Source: Chiloscyllium plagiosum
Taxonomy: Eukaryota
NCBI RefSeq assembly: GCF_004010195.1
Contig: NC_057756.1
Location: 3,392,653 to 3,413,031, forward strand
Length of the DNA stretch: 20,379 bases
Reading direction: 5' to 3'
Shown: positions 1 to 11,549 of the stretch, piece by piece
Layout: each line of letters begins with the position of its first letter
Numbering within the stretch: the stretch's first letter is position 1
Notes under the pieces: generated by a model
Told to the model about the DNA's origin: nothing
Database searches by the model: none
Seen by the model: the letters and a program-made list of their open reading frames with translations, nothing else
Position numbers and translations under genes: made by a program

Positions 1-99
1 TGTTAATGTTTTGTGGTAGTGAAGTCATACTGCAATAGCTCAAAATGCAGGTGATAATACACCATGATTTACAGAGCAGAGTTTTGATGCTTTACCAAA

Positions 100-480
100 C
101 GAGAAATTGGAGTCAGTGTGAAGCAGGTTCATTCAGATGATATAAATGCAAATCGGCAAATGTTTTGAAGAGGTTTGTTGGGCAGATGCGGAAAGGATAT
201 CCCGAATGTGGGAAATTCCAGAAACAATAGGCATTTCTCAGTATACATGAAGCAGGCGTTAATGAATAAGATCACGTAAAATTTCTTCTCTCAGAGGTTT
301 CAGAATGTTGAGAACTTTTTGCTAAAAATGTGCTTCGTGAACAGAACCTTAGCGTTTATTTTTGACTGATAAAGAAGTATCCTCATTAATGCTGGAATTA
401 AATATTATAATAAAACTCAGTAACGTGGATGTAAGGAATTTCGGATCCACCGTGATCCAATTGAATGATGGAGAATGTTG
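100..480 (+). mobile_element. Decayed CR1-clade (HER1-like) LINE 3' end
   Basis: 'aatttcttctctcagaggtttcagaatgttgagaac' matches the CR1 ORF2 C-terminal 'NFFSQRVVNLWN' region. 'gatccaccgtgatccaattgaatgatggag' resembles the shark CR1 3' UTR. No intact ORF; boundaries approximate. Confidence 0.7.
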
Positions 481-486
481 AAAGTG

Positions 487-1210
487 GAGAATAAAATAGA
501 ATATCGTGATTGTCATGTGTGATCAAGTATGGAAATGCAGGAATTCATTGAAAACTTTACAATGTCACTCTTTTTGGCGATAAATTAATTGCAACTTACA
601 GAGGTACAAACTTTAGACATCAAATACAGAAATATGGGGAGAAAAAAAGAAACTAAAAAAGTTGCATTAAAAAAAGTTAATCGTAGTGTATGTTAGAAAA
701 ATGGGAACATGTCGAAAAACATAAGCATTTCCACTTTCTTTTCAGCAGATCAGCGCTGGGGTTTTTTCATAAATGGTCTGCGTCGGCTCAAAAGTCATTG
801 ACCAATCGCACTGGTCCCCAGTCCAAACACCACCCTGCTCTGCTCAGACCTGCAGCCCACAGGCCATGCCCATTCCACTTGAGTGTAAAATTCGCTGGCC
901 ATCCTCTCATCACTCGGGCTTCCAGCCTGTTGACTATTCCCAATCCACGCAATCCTCCAGTCTACATATTGTCCCCACAATGAATGCACCAGCTTCAGGC
1001 TCGTTGGTTATCCTCGTAATTCTCAGGGCCTGCTGATCATCCCTATTCTGCTTGGGCTTCCAGCGGACCCTGCTACCCACCTCCATCCCGCACTACATCC
1101 GGGGAAAACTCCAATAGGGGGAACAGGGGCAAAAGAACAAGTGAACGTGAAATAAGAGAAGAAGGGGAGGCGCTCCAGTTGGAGCTTTCAAATCCACCTC
1201 CATTTGACCA
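487..1210 (-). mobile_element. Probable non-autonomous Rex-Babar-like retroelement (old)
   Basis: Minus strand ends in 'tgacaatcacgatattctattttattctc', a Rex/L2-style tail. The other end 'ccacctccatttg' resembles the reverse complement of a 'caagatggcgg' 5' end. GC-richer interior with no recognisable RT. Pattern recall only. Confidence 0.35.
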
Positions 1211-2048
1211 AAAGGGAATTAACTTTCTTGTTCTTATTTCTTATGGACATCTTACGATCCAAATGTTTAAATGTGAATCTGCAATGCAAAAACATTGATG
1301 TTGCTGTGAGCGAAGTGGTCAAAATGGACATACAAGAGTGTGATGTTTATCATTGACTAATCGAATGTAGATGGACTGAGGAACATTTTTGGAACAGTTG
1401 TCATCTTTAATTCTGTGTCAGTATCATTATTCCAGATGCATGCATGTATCCGACACGCCTATCCTGCATTCTCGAACAAAAAGGGCTAGTAACTGATTAG
1501 ATATCAATCTTTAAACATACTTAAAACACTTAAAGCCCTATTTTCTACTGTAAGATACTGTAGTTGGCCTGTTGTAAGTCTCTGTATGATCAAAATAATG
1601 TCATATATTGGCATGTTTTCAAAAATAATATGTAAAAGATTATCTCTTGCATTTGAATTATCATGACATGTCATATAAAAGAGGTCGACGTGGAAAATTT
1701 TCTGACATACCAAAAATTAGAAATTCTAATATTAACAGTTTAATGAAATATTTTTGACTTGTTTGAAGTATGACTTTTTTACTTGAATGACGGTTCATCC
1801 ATGGAGTGCTCTTTCTATACGGATTACTCAAATTTTGGTATAATGCTTCTATAGTGTGTATTTGTTTTAATTTGGTCTTCTCAGATTTTGCCTGGTGACC
1901 TTTCTCAGTAGGACATACATGACATGAGAAGGGATGACCAGCAAACAAACCCGAACCCTTTATTTGAATTTGCTGCAATGGACTAAACTAGTTTTGAATA
2001 AATTATACAATTTAAACAAAATCTTTACTTTTCTTTGCACCATCACAG

Positions 2049-2069
2049 ATGATGCAATACGCCAACAAG
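2049..2069 (+). CDS. 21-nt micro-exon 1 (phase 1), xDAIRQQ, of a putative butyrophilin/BG-like heptad tail
   Basis: ctttactttttctttgcaccatcacAG|ATGATGCAATACGCCAACAAG|GTAAGac. Strong acceptor and donor; same length and CAA position as three other micro-exons. Confidence 0.75.
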
Positions 2070-2185
2070 GTAAGACATTTGCCAAGGTATCCCAGACTCT
2101 ATAGAATTTGTAGCAGTTCTCCGAATTGTAAAGAGCAATAATGGCAATGTTTTCAATAAAAAGACAAAGATCTGTTCATTGTAAA

Positions 2186-2190
<5 letters not shown>

Positions 2191-2224
<34 letters not shown>
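2191..2224. repeat. (TA)17 microsatellite
   Basis: Perfect TA run read directly; explains the YIYIYI tract in ORF 2043..2291. Confidence 0.97.
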
Positions 2225-2228
<4 letters not shown>

Positions 2229-3424
2229 TGCTTCATCACCGCAGATTATGCATGAGGATGTGTGATTAATAATCACGCATTTCCTAACCATCGTACAGAG
2301 ATCTAATGCTTTTAAACTTTCTCTGCCTAAATGTATATGTTCTCAAATGCTTTGATGAACTCATACTTTTCATAGTGGAAGTGATGAAAGCTGATGGGCG
2401 AGACGCAAAGTGGGAGGAGGGATGCCGTGCTCTACAGTAGTCTTTGACAAAATAGTATGGTTTTCAGTAAACGGTGTATATTTGTGTTTAGTTAATTGCT
2501 TGCATGTATGCCTGTCTGCGCTCGTGCATGTGCGCTTTAGTATAAATTGTCGATATCTAATCTGTTTCAGTCAAACTGTGATAGGGTATAATATAACTGA
2601 AATATATCTGTGTTAGTCATGCACGACACAGGAAGACAAGTTCGTTTTTCAACTTTTATTTAGTCTACAATTATTGAAAAAGGTTACTGGGATGCCAGGT
2701 GAGCAATACAGCCTCTCAATGTCCAAAATAAGATAAAGACACAACAAAATCAGATCCTAACCTCTTCAGCATCAGCAAGTATTGATTATGTATTCATGCA
2801 AAGGTTAACAATGATTATTAACAAAGAGAGGGAGAGAGAAACAGCGAAATAAAGAGAATTACGAATATATGTATAGGGACAGAACGAAAGAGAGACTAGT
2901 TTGGCATATGGTACGTTATAACTTTAAGGAGTCTTCGACTATCAGCATCTGCATTGCAATGTCAATGTCATTTTTTTATCAATCATTTTTCCTCCAACCT
3001 TCCAGTTTAAACATTTTATTACACAACGTTGGAAAACGAAGGTCTTCAATCCAGGCCTCCTGGTATAGCAGGAGGGAGAACATCACTGAGGTACAAAAGG
3101 GACCAGGAACCTGCTTCTTGCACTGCTGCAGTAACTGGAAAGTCCTGCTGTGATCATTGGAAACGCATGCTATAAATAAACCAAACATGATGAATTCTTG
3201 TGTTCACTGTTAAATGTGTGCTCATATTATCTTATCAGAATGATATATTGCAACTATTGAATGATGAGAAGGATGCATGGAAGATAATCAATTACAAAAT
3301 ACGTTTTTATTCAACGTGGCTGTTCGGGGCACGGGCTTCAACAGTTATTAAATTTCGGTCAGGAGTAACGGGATCTTCTTTTAACGTTGCGTTGCCAGCC
3401 CTTGACTGGATCGAATTGTAGTAT

Positions 3425-4050
3425 GATGGGAAGGTGCCAGTGTTGGACTGGATTGAACACAGTCAGAAATGACTGGCACCACGCTGTAGTCCAACAGGTT
3501 TATTTAAAATCTCAAGATTTCACGGCACTGGTCTTTCATCAGGTGAAGTGATGAAAATCTGACAGGTAAAGAAGTTTTAGGCAGAGTGAACAGTGTTCGG
3601 AGATAACAAGCTAATTACACAAGTAGTGGAGAGCCGAATAATAAGTCTCCGCAGGTGAACAAACTTATTAGAAGGCGTTTTAAAATGTTAAAAATGAAAT
3701 GGATGAACTTTAGTCCAATTACTTGAGGCAGAGAAATATTTTCAAAAAAAGTGGTACTCGTGACCAAAGTCGCAGAATCAGAGACGATTATAAGTAGCAA
3801 ATAATCCAAAACTATACAAGCTAATTAAGGTTGAGAGATTCCAAAACGTTATCCACATGATGGTATTTATACAGCACAGGAAGGGAGATTTTACAAATGC
3901 AGAATAATAAGGCGGGTTTCACATGTAGTACAGCATAAAATAAAGATAACAATGGAGGTAATCTTCATGGGTGCATAACTTTGTTATCCGTTGCTGCTTA
4001 GCGATTCTGCCTATAGCAAATCTCGCTATGTTGATGACATCTTGAATCGC
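3425..4050 (-). mobile_element. Penelope-like element A, inverted 3'/pseudo-LTR arm with hammerhead remnant
   Basis: Begins 'gtgccagtgttggactgg...tagtccaacaggtttattt', a common shark PLE end. Its reverse complement aligns to about 5260-5850, e.g. 'gcagaatcgctaagcagcaacggataacaaagtt' vs 'gcagaatcgccaaacagaaacagatcacgaaatt'. Confidence 0.8.
3500..3546 (-). ncRNA. Minimal hammerhead ribozyme motif (degenerate) in PLE pseudo-LTR
   Basis: Minus strand: cac-CTGATGA-aagaccagtgccgt-GAAA-tc-ttga-ga-TT. Both core boxes and a 3-bp stem III are present; stems I and II pair poorly. Confidence 0.55.
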
Positions 4051-5850
4051 ATTGTACATGAACCCCCGCTTCTGTTGCGATACTGCAGCTATCTTACAAG
4101 AACTTAGTATCAGAAATCATTGGAAGCAGGGACATTCCTCATCAGATGAATGTTTTGGAATTCTACAGCATCACTGCAATTCATCTGCTTCATCCTCAAC
4201 TGCTATGTCTTCATTTTCAACAACCAGTATTTCAGTCAGGCACACGGAACAGCCATAGGGACCAAACATGCATCCAAACATCTCATTATTTCCATTGATA
4301 AGTTCGAGCAAGATATAGTTGCTACACAGGATCTCCAACCAACTCTGCACACCAACGTATACATCGATGTTTTCTTCCTCTGATTTCATGGCAAGAAATC
4401 AGTGAAACGACGATGCAACAATATCAACAAATTTCATCAAATCATCAAACTTGCCATGGACAAGTCTGCATATTCAGTGTCATTCTTGGACAGACGCATC
4501 TCCATCAAGGATGAATGTATCAATACTTCCATCACTCTACCGCAAGCCAAGGGATAACCTCATGATGCTGCATGTCTGTAGCTTCCAGCCTAAACCTATT
4601 AAAGAAGCCATCGCCTATGGACAAGACCGTGTTTGCACAGGATCTGCTTAGACGAGAGGAACGTGATGAACAACTAAATCTGCTGAAAGATTCCCTCTTG
4701 AGAACGGGATATGATGGTCAACTCATTGATTGCCAGTTCCGTTGGGCCACAGCGAATAATCACAAAGTGCTCCTCAGAAGACACACACAGCACATGATCG
4801 ATAGAATGCCTTTTGTCATCCAGTACATCTCCAAAGCATATACACTATGTCATGTGTGTCGCATCCTTGACATGTCTTCAATGACAATGAAAATCTCCGA
4901 AGGCCTTCAGACAAGTGCCAAACGGATCATTATTTGCAGCAAGCTATCTCATCATCAGGACAACATTGACCACAATACCACACAACACTGCCATGGTAAC
5001 CACTGCAAGACATGATACAGCGTCGACACGGATACTCCATCGTGTGTGAAAATACCAGCCATCACGTACACGTCAGGTTCTCAAGAGGAAAGCCAATATT
5101 GTCTATCTCGTACGTTGCAGGCAATGATGTCCAGGGGCACGTTGGTAAGATATAACCATATGCATTGTGCAATATTCGCCAGATAAGAATGTTCTCTTCT
5201 ATTTGCAGAACATTTAGTGATCAAGGGCCTTCGGCCTCTATTCTTCAGGAAAGACTCCTTCAAGTCGGCCTTCGAGACAGACAACAGTGCAGAATCGCCA
5301 AACAGAAACAGATCACGAAATTCTGTAACAATGCAGACGGTTACAATCGTGATCTTTTCTGTAACTCCACCATGCTGTTCTGAATTCAGAAAAATTTCCT
5401 TATTGTCCTGTTCAATTATCCTTGATACCTTCTTATGATCTCTCTACATTAATTAGTTTGTCTAGTTTATAACTTTTGTTTTCTTCAGTTGGACACTTGG
5501 CACGCAACTCTTGTAACTACCATATAATTACAGCTGTTGGGTTGGTTGGGTTGTCTCCACCACAAAATTATTTTTAATATTGTTTTGCAATTATTTCTCT
5601 GCCTCAAATGTATTGATGATAGTTAAACCCCTTCACATCCTAGTCAACTTCAGACATTTTTTCTCACACCAACTCTTACACTTGATCCATCTGCAAAGAC
5701 TTATTAATCGATGCTCTGCTCATACCAAATATATGGTGTTTTAGGTCTCTGTTCCCATTGAACTCTCTGTGTGTAAATTCTGTGCAATATGCCTTTCTTC
5801 ATGTCAACCCATGAAAGGGAAACGCTCTGATAACTTGTTAATTCAAGTTC
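4051..5850 (+). mobile_element. Penelope-like element A body: disrupted RT + GIY-YIG endonuclease + 3' UTR/pLTR
   Basis: ORF pieces FNNQYFSQAHGTAIGTK...YIDVFFL (QxxGxAMG and YIDD motifs), YRKPRDNLMMLH...IKEAIAYGQ, LLRTGYDGQLIDCQF, CHGNHCKT, NIVYLVRC (GIY-YIG start) and DGYNRDL (C-terminus). Many frameshifts and stops. Confidence 0.92.
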
Positions 5851-5879
5851 ACATGGTGCTCTGTAAACCACTGACATTA

Positions 5880-6930
5880 TGGACCAAGTGTGCTAGAAGC
5901 TAGAGTCTATAATTGAGAGGCGATGAAATCGCAGAACACCTGACAGAATTCAAGGAGCAGGAAAGTCATTGTTTTGGTTTGAAAACTCCGTCAGGCCTGA
6001 GGACGAGGTTTTGGGGAATGGAGGTGGGATCATGATAGCAGGATGCTGGTTGGGGATTGTTGAGATTTATTAGGGGAAGGTTGGAGTGGATAGATAGGTT
6101 AGAAGATAATTAGATTAGGTCGGGTCAGGGAGGCGAGGAGGAGCGGAGGGCTGGAGTTGGAGAAGGGTGGGGCTGGAGAGATTTTGAAGCTGTATAAGTG
6201 AATGTTGAAACCATTAGGCCATAATATCCCAACCCAGGCGAATTATAAGGGTATTGATTCTGCAGCTCACGTTTGGTTTCACTCTGACAGTGGCAGATGG
6301 CAAAGATAGTTATGTTTCCAGTGAAGTGGAAGGGGTAATTAAAATAAATGTCATTCGGAACGTCGGTTTGGTTGATGCTTGAAGAACCCAGATTTTCATT
6401 AACTGTCTCTGAGTCTTCATTTTTTTTCTGTTTGGTATAGATGAGGTCACATAGGGTACAATTAATTCAAATTGGATGAAGTGCAAGGCAATCTCTGTCA
6501 CAAAAGAAAGGATTATTGGTGATCATGGACAGAGGCGAGGGTTAGGTGCAGATGCAGATGTTGCACCTCTTGCTGTTGCAGGAGAATGTACCAGGTGTGG
6601 TGAAGAAGTCCGTATTGACTGTGAAGTTGAGGAGGGATTCGTACAATAAATGGTTCCTCCGCACAGTGGACGAGGTGGGGAAGGAATCGTCTGTTATGTA
6701 TTGAGGTCTGTTTGTAGTTGTTGGAAATTTCCAAGGGTGACACGTTGGATTTTGTGGTTGGTGGGTTGTTATGTGAGCACTAATGTGACTCTATCCTTAT
6801 AGTCTTTAATTTGGGGGCAGGGAACGGATTTGACAGTAGAAGTTCGGGAAATTGATGATATGCTGTTCAGGTCATCTTTAATTACCCAAAGGGGAAACAA
6901 TTATCACTAAAGTAGGAGGGTATGATTATA
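5880..6930 (-). mobile_element. Penelope-like element B (different subfamily), 3' part, decayed
   Basis: 5920-5996 is a diverged copy of the pLTR seen at 11400-11487 and 20200-20270. A purine-rich UTR follows. Minus-strand coding remnants 'GNFQQLQTD', 'PGTFSCNSKRCNICICT' and 'RDCLALHPI/TSSNLN' fit the PLE linker and GIY-YIG region. Confidence 0.8.
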
Positions 6931-7794
6931 ATCCGAGGACTTTTGAATTTTGACTTAGATCGAATTGGATGCTAATTCTGATGTTTTTACTTGAGTATTG
7001 TTATTTGAAACAATACTCCCAACGAGTTTTGATGTGGAAAGACTACAGATCTAAATTTTACAGAATTTAGAAAGTTTTCCGTGACTCATCCGATTTTTGA
7101 TCACAGTTGTCACAGGACTGATTTGCAGTAGTTTCCATGACTCAAGGGTGTCATTGAACATTCCCATAACAATGTCACCTTCCATCCTGTGCACGTCCTC
7201 AACATATCATACAATAATATTCAATGTAGAACACTTCTTAATGAAAATAGACTTAATTTATTTAAGAATTATTCTTGTCTCTGAGTTCCCAAGTTGCTGC
7301 TTCATACTTGAAAGCATTGCATCTTTGAGGAAACCTTTCAAAGTAACAGATGGTTGAAAAGTGATGCAACACCTTCTTACGCCAATTCCCGTTTTTAGCT
7401 ATTGAAGATAACCAAACACACCGCATAATTATGAAAGATTAATATTAAACACAGACCATATCTGAATATCTTAGTGTACTTAGAAATACTCAGAGATGTC
7501 AAAGTTGCCATTTTCATTTGTAAGTATGATGAAATTAACAAAAATACTCCATATAAACTAAATGAAGCAGTAACAAAAATCAGCGAATATGATGTACAGG
7601 TTGGCTTTGTGTTAAATGTGGTTATGAAAGAATGTTAGGAACAAATAATTTGTGTGCTGAGGTGCTCTCCAAACTTGAATATTCTGTATACTGAGATTAA
7701 CGGGAGAGCCACAATATCTCTGTAATGACTCCACATCATAATAAGCAAAAATATATACTAATGAAACAAAGCGACAGCCTTCCAAAATAATTGC

Positions 7795-8117
7795 GAGGTT
7801 ATTAATCAATAGACTAAGTTAATTTTCTGGAAGACTTGAGTTTCAATCACAGCATGGCAGATCGTGGAATGTGAATTCAATAATAATCTAGAAGTAAGAA
7901 TCTGATGGTGATCCGAAACCATAGCTGGTTATCATGAAACATCATCAGGTTCGCGAAAATCCATTAGGGAAGGACGTCTGACATTCTTAGCTCGTGTGGC
8001 CTCCTTGTCACTCCAGATCAAAAGGAATGGCTTGACACTAAACTGCCGTCTGGGAAATTAGGGATAAGTAATAAGTGCTGGACGATCAACTTCTGCCCAG
8101 ATCACCTGACTGAAAAC
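7795..8117 (+). mobile_element. tRNA-derived Deu-domain SINE (SacSINE1-like), decayed
   Basis: B-box-like 'gagtttcaatc', then 'catggcagatcgtggaatgtgaattcaataa', Deu-like core 'ttagggaaggacgtctgacattcttagctcgtgtggcct...actccaga' and tail 'aattagggataagtaataagtgctgg'. Confidence 0.75.
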
Positions 8118-8479
8118 GTTATGTCAATGAGTCAGATCGTAATACAATGACACACGGGCGTTGTAACTGCAGAGTTCCAATGTTACCAACCCCTTCATAG
8201 AATTGGCTCCAGTAAACTAAATTATCATCTGCTGATCACATGGTTCACGAAGGTGCAAATTCCCGTCTTTGTAATTCACAAGAATACGAAAACTTTTTCA
8301 ATTCAGACTTCTGTATCTTTAATTACTTTAACACGATGTGGAATTCAGCCCGTTCTCTGAATGAGACACATGACAGCAGTTGGACATAACATGTTCATTT
8401 ATGTCATTGCATTAGACTAGATTTCCACAAGTGGCACAGTTTGAGCAGACTCTTTTATTTGTCTTTGATTCTCTCACAG

Positions 8480-8500
8480 ATTTGGTAAAATGCCAAGGGG
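8480..8500 (+). CDS. 21-nt micro-exon 2 (phase 1), DLVKCQG
   Basis: cttttatttgtctttgattctctcacAG|ATTTGGTAAAATGCCAAGGGG|GTAAGTc. Consensus splice sites. Confidence 0.85.
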
Positions 8501-9319
8501 GTAAGTCAGATATTGGTTTCGTAGTTTTACTTGCAGTTTGTTCAAATAATGAGAGTTTGGATCTGTAACTACCTGCTACAACTGACACATTGATTCCAGC
8601 ATACGATAAATCAAGAAATGTTGTTTTATTGTCCAATAGAACTGCTGTTAGTCTCGTCTTCAGCCATAATTGTGCATCATTGCTCTGTGCCCTCCCCATG
8701 ATATGTTGCATTTTGCTTGCGTGTTTGTGACCTGCGTGTATGGATTCTAACATTAACGTGTATGTTTGCGTACATTTGTGAGGAAAGGTTAGTGAATACC
8801 AATGAGATCTGCAACGAGAGACAGAAGGAATAGAAAGGCAGACATGCATTTATTTTTTCAGTCAAACATTAAAATAGACAGACCTCTGCATTGGTAAACT
8901 ATGTCAACATGGATCAATGTGCACAAAGGAACTTTTACACATACATATCCACAGAAACACAACCTTCTAACTGTTCTGTGTTTACAGATACAGTTTCGTT
9001 CAGAATGTGGCTATTTATACTGAATGAGTTTTGTGTACGACTACCTGATTCATGATATTCCACCCTGTTCAATTAGAATTAATAGTGTGCAGTACAGACG
9101 GATCACGTCCTTTTCTTTGATTAATTGAAATAATCAGAAGAACATCCGTAAATATATCAGTATTTAAATAGAATTATTTAGGTTTATCTTCCATTCTTTT
9201 CATCCATTGTTCTGTAACAATCAAACTAAATTGCTAATGAAAGACATCTAAATAACATTGCACTGGCTAATGATTTTTGACATTAAAATATCAAGAGCAT
9301 CGTCGAATCAAAGAAGGAT

Positions 9320-9532
9320 AGAATCATAAGATCATAGAATCCCGACAGATTGGAAACCGGCCAGTCAGCAGCTCGAGTCAACACCAATCATCTGAAATGA
9401 CACCCAGACCCACACATGCTCTACCCTTGTAAACACGCATTTCTTATGACTAATCTACCTGGTCTGCACGTCGCTTAACACTACGTTCAATTTGGAATTG
9501 GTGGTCCACCTAACATGTGTATGTTTTGATCA
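9320..9532 (-). mobile_element. HE1-type V-SINE 3' portion
   Basis: 'tagaatcataagatcatagaatcccgacagattggaaaccggcc...cacccagaccc...ctaatctacct...aacactacgttcaattt...ccacctaacatg' resembles the reverse complement of the elasmobranch HE1 SINE, including its CR1-shared tail. Confidence 0.7.
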
Positions 9533-10400
9533 GCATACGTAATTCAAACACTTTAAAAATTGAAAACACCACAATGTACTGCATCTGTCATTGCTTCTAC
9601 TCTGTAGGCATTTCCAGATTGGGCCTGAAATCCTCAGTGAAATGAAACAATCTTGTCATCCACAAAAACAGCTCTACCCCATTAGCATATGGCAAATCAC
9701 GATGTGGATACTTGCTTGCAAATTGTCTGTTTTTTTTCCCGATATTATGGTACATGTTGCTGAGTCCTCAGCATTTTGCATCCATTCATCATAAATTATC
9801 CTTAGTCATGCTCATGCAGAAACTTACTACAGGCTATGATTTACGCAGTTACTTTAACTGAAAATCATATGCAATATTAAAAGATGTTTTGCGATTCTTC
9901 CAGTCACCCATATTAAAAATATGTAAGCTACTCAGAAAAGAGGCACAAAGATATCACATTCTACTCAAGATAAAACATTTTAATACTTCTCTGGGTTACA
10001 TGAGATGACATCATACCTACATTTTCTGGAGGATAAAAGAAATAATAGAAAATCTATACATAATGTGAAATAATATTTCTAACCAAATGATGTCAACATG
10101 CTTGAAAATCATCAGTAATTGCCTTATTCAATGAATATTTCTCTTTACCGCTGATCATTATCCATTGACAAATCAAGAAGATTAAACTGCCTTGAATCCT
10201 ATCTTTTCGTTCAGACTTATCTTCATAACTTCCCTGGGCACATTTGCCTGAATACTTCAGTTGATATACCAAGCTACCAACTCTTGTCGAATTGTTTTAT
10301 GCTGTGTTCATTTTATTTCATGGTACCGTACACTCGTTTCGTTATCAAACAGGTATGTGATTTCATGTGAATGTTTTAATTTCAACTTTTCCTGGCACAG

Positions 10401-10421
10401 ATCTGATAAGGTTACAAGGAG
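10401..10421 (+). CDS. 21-nt micro-exon 3 (phase 1), DLIRLQG
   Basis: ttttaatttcaacttttcctggcacAG|ATCTGATAAGGTTACAAGGAG|GTAAGag. 14/21 nt identical to exon 2. Confidence 0.85.
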
Positions 10422-10629
10422 GTAAGAGATAATAGACATTTTTCAGTCTCTGAGGATTATTGTCATAAAATAACAACAGCTATATCTTTTGCATTTTTAT
10501 AAGTTTCTACAAGCATACACAAATTGTAAGTTGGATACATTGGTCAACACTGTTTCACGAGTGCAAGGACCATATGGCAATAAATCCGAATTGGGAATGG
10601 CGTAACGGAAAAGGATGTGATAAAAGACA

Positions 10630-11545
10630 CATAAAATCATATTGTCATACATCATGGAAACCGGCACTTCTATCCAATTCGCCCATATGGACTAAATTAC
10701 CCAATCAAAACTGGTCGCATATCCCTGCCTTGGGTCGCTTTCCCTCTAAACACTTCATGTCAATGTATATGTGCAAGTGTCCTTTAAATGTTGTAACTAT
10801 ACCTGTATCTACTATTACCTCTGTCAGTTCATTCTGCCTTCAGTTCACACTCTGGAAATAAATTCCTCTCAAGCACGTTTAAACTTCTCCTCCTCTCACC
10901 TTGAAAGTATGCCATCCAGTTTGTAATGAAGAAAAAGAAGAATGGCATTTACTATTCACCCGTCAACTCCCCTCATGATATCTACAAACGACAACAATGC
11001 TCCCCATCAAATTTCTATGCACTAAGCAAATATAGTACCAACCTATAAAACATCTAGTGATGACTTATGCACTTCAATTTCAGTAAGCTCCCTGCGAAAA
11101 TCTTTTGCTCCCTCTCCAATATAATGGTATCATTCCTATAGGAGGAGGACCTGAAATGTCATTACACTCCAACAGTGGCCGAACCAATGTCCTGTGGAAG
11201 TGGACCACTATGTCTCAAATGTTTCAGATACCTGAGTGGACAAGGCAGACAAGCTGCAAAACGACATCTTTACCTCTCTGCCGAATTGGAATGCAATGCC
11301 AAAGAATTAAGAGACTATGTCTGTCACTTCTGCAACGCTCTTCACAGCACTAACATTACGTGGAGAAAGTGAGGACTGCAGATGCTGGAGATCAGAGCTG
11401 AAACCAGTTGCTGGAAAAGCGCAGCAGTTCAGGCAGCATCCAAGGAGCAGGAGATTCGACGTTTCGGTCATAAGCCCTTCTTTAGGCCTAACATTACGTG
11501 TGTGCGTCTTCAAATTGTTTGTTTCACCCAAAATGCTACTGCGTA
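10630..11545 (-). mobile_element. CR1/HER1 LINE 3' fragment, interrupted by a 125-bp insert
   Basis: Reverse-complement CR1 3' signatures: 'catacatcatggaaaccggcac', 'ttccctctaaacac', 'tttaaatgttgtaactatacctg', 'ctcctctcaccttgaaagtatgcc', 'acactccaacagtggccgaaccaatgtcctgt'. Resumes after 11500. Confidence 0.8.
11363..11487 (-). mobile_element. 125-bp Penelope pLTR-derived insert with hammerhead motif and 13-bp TSD
   Basis: Flanked by exact ctaacattacgtg at 11350-11362 and 11488-11500. Interior is near-identical to 20205-20269. Minus strand reads CTAAAGA-agggcttatgacc-GAAA-cgtcgaatc. Confidence 0.88.
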
Positions 11546-11549
11546 TGAT

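Noticed and set aside
2049..2069. Exon 1 read as a start (MMQYANK), or the exons as FcR-type 21-nt signal-peptide mini-exons
   Set aside because: Phase 0 hits TAA in exon 2. FcR S2 mini-exons occur once per gene before an Ig exon, and no Ig exon was seen after any of the four.
2664..2698. Candidate exon tttatttAG|...CAG|GTGAGC
   Set aside because: 35 nt, frame-breaking, lacks the heptad signature and lies in a probable repeat.
8412..8849. 145-aa minus-strand ORF
   Set aside because: No recognisable domain and a non-ATG start. It overlaps micro-exon 2 antisense and is most likely a chance ORF.
10323..10352. Strong donor CAAACAG|GTATGT resembling the end of exon 4
   Set aside because: No AG acceptor at a suitable distance, and the intron to exon 3 would be only 48 nt.
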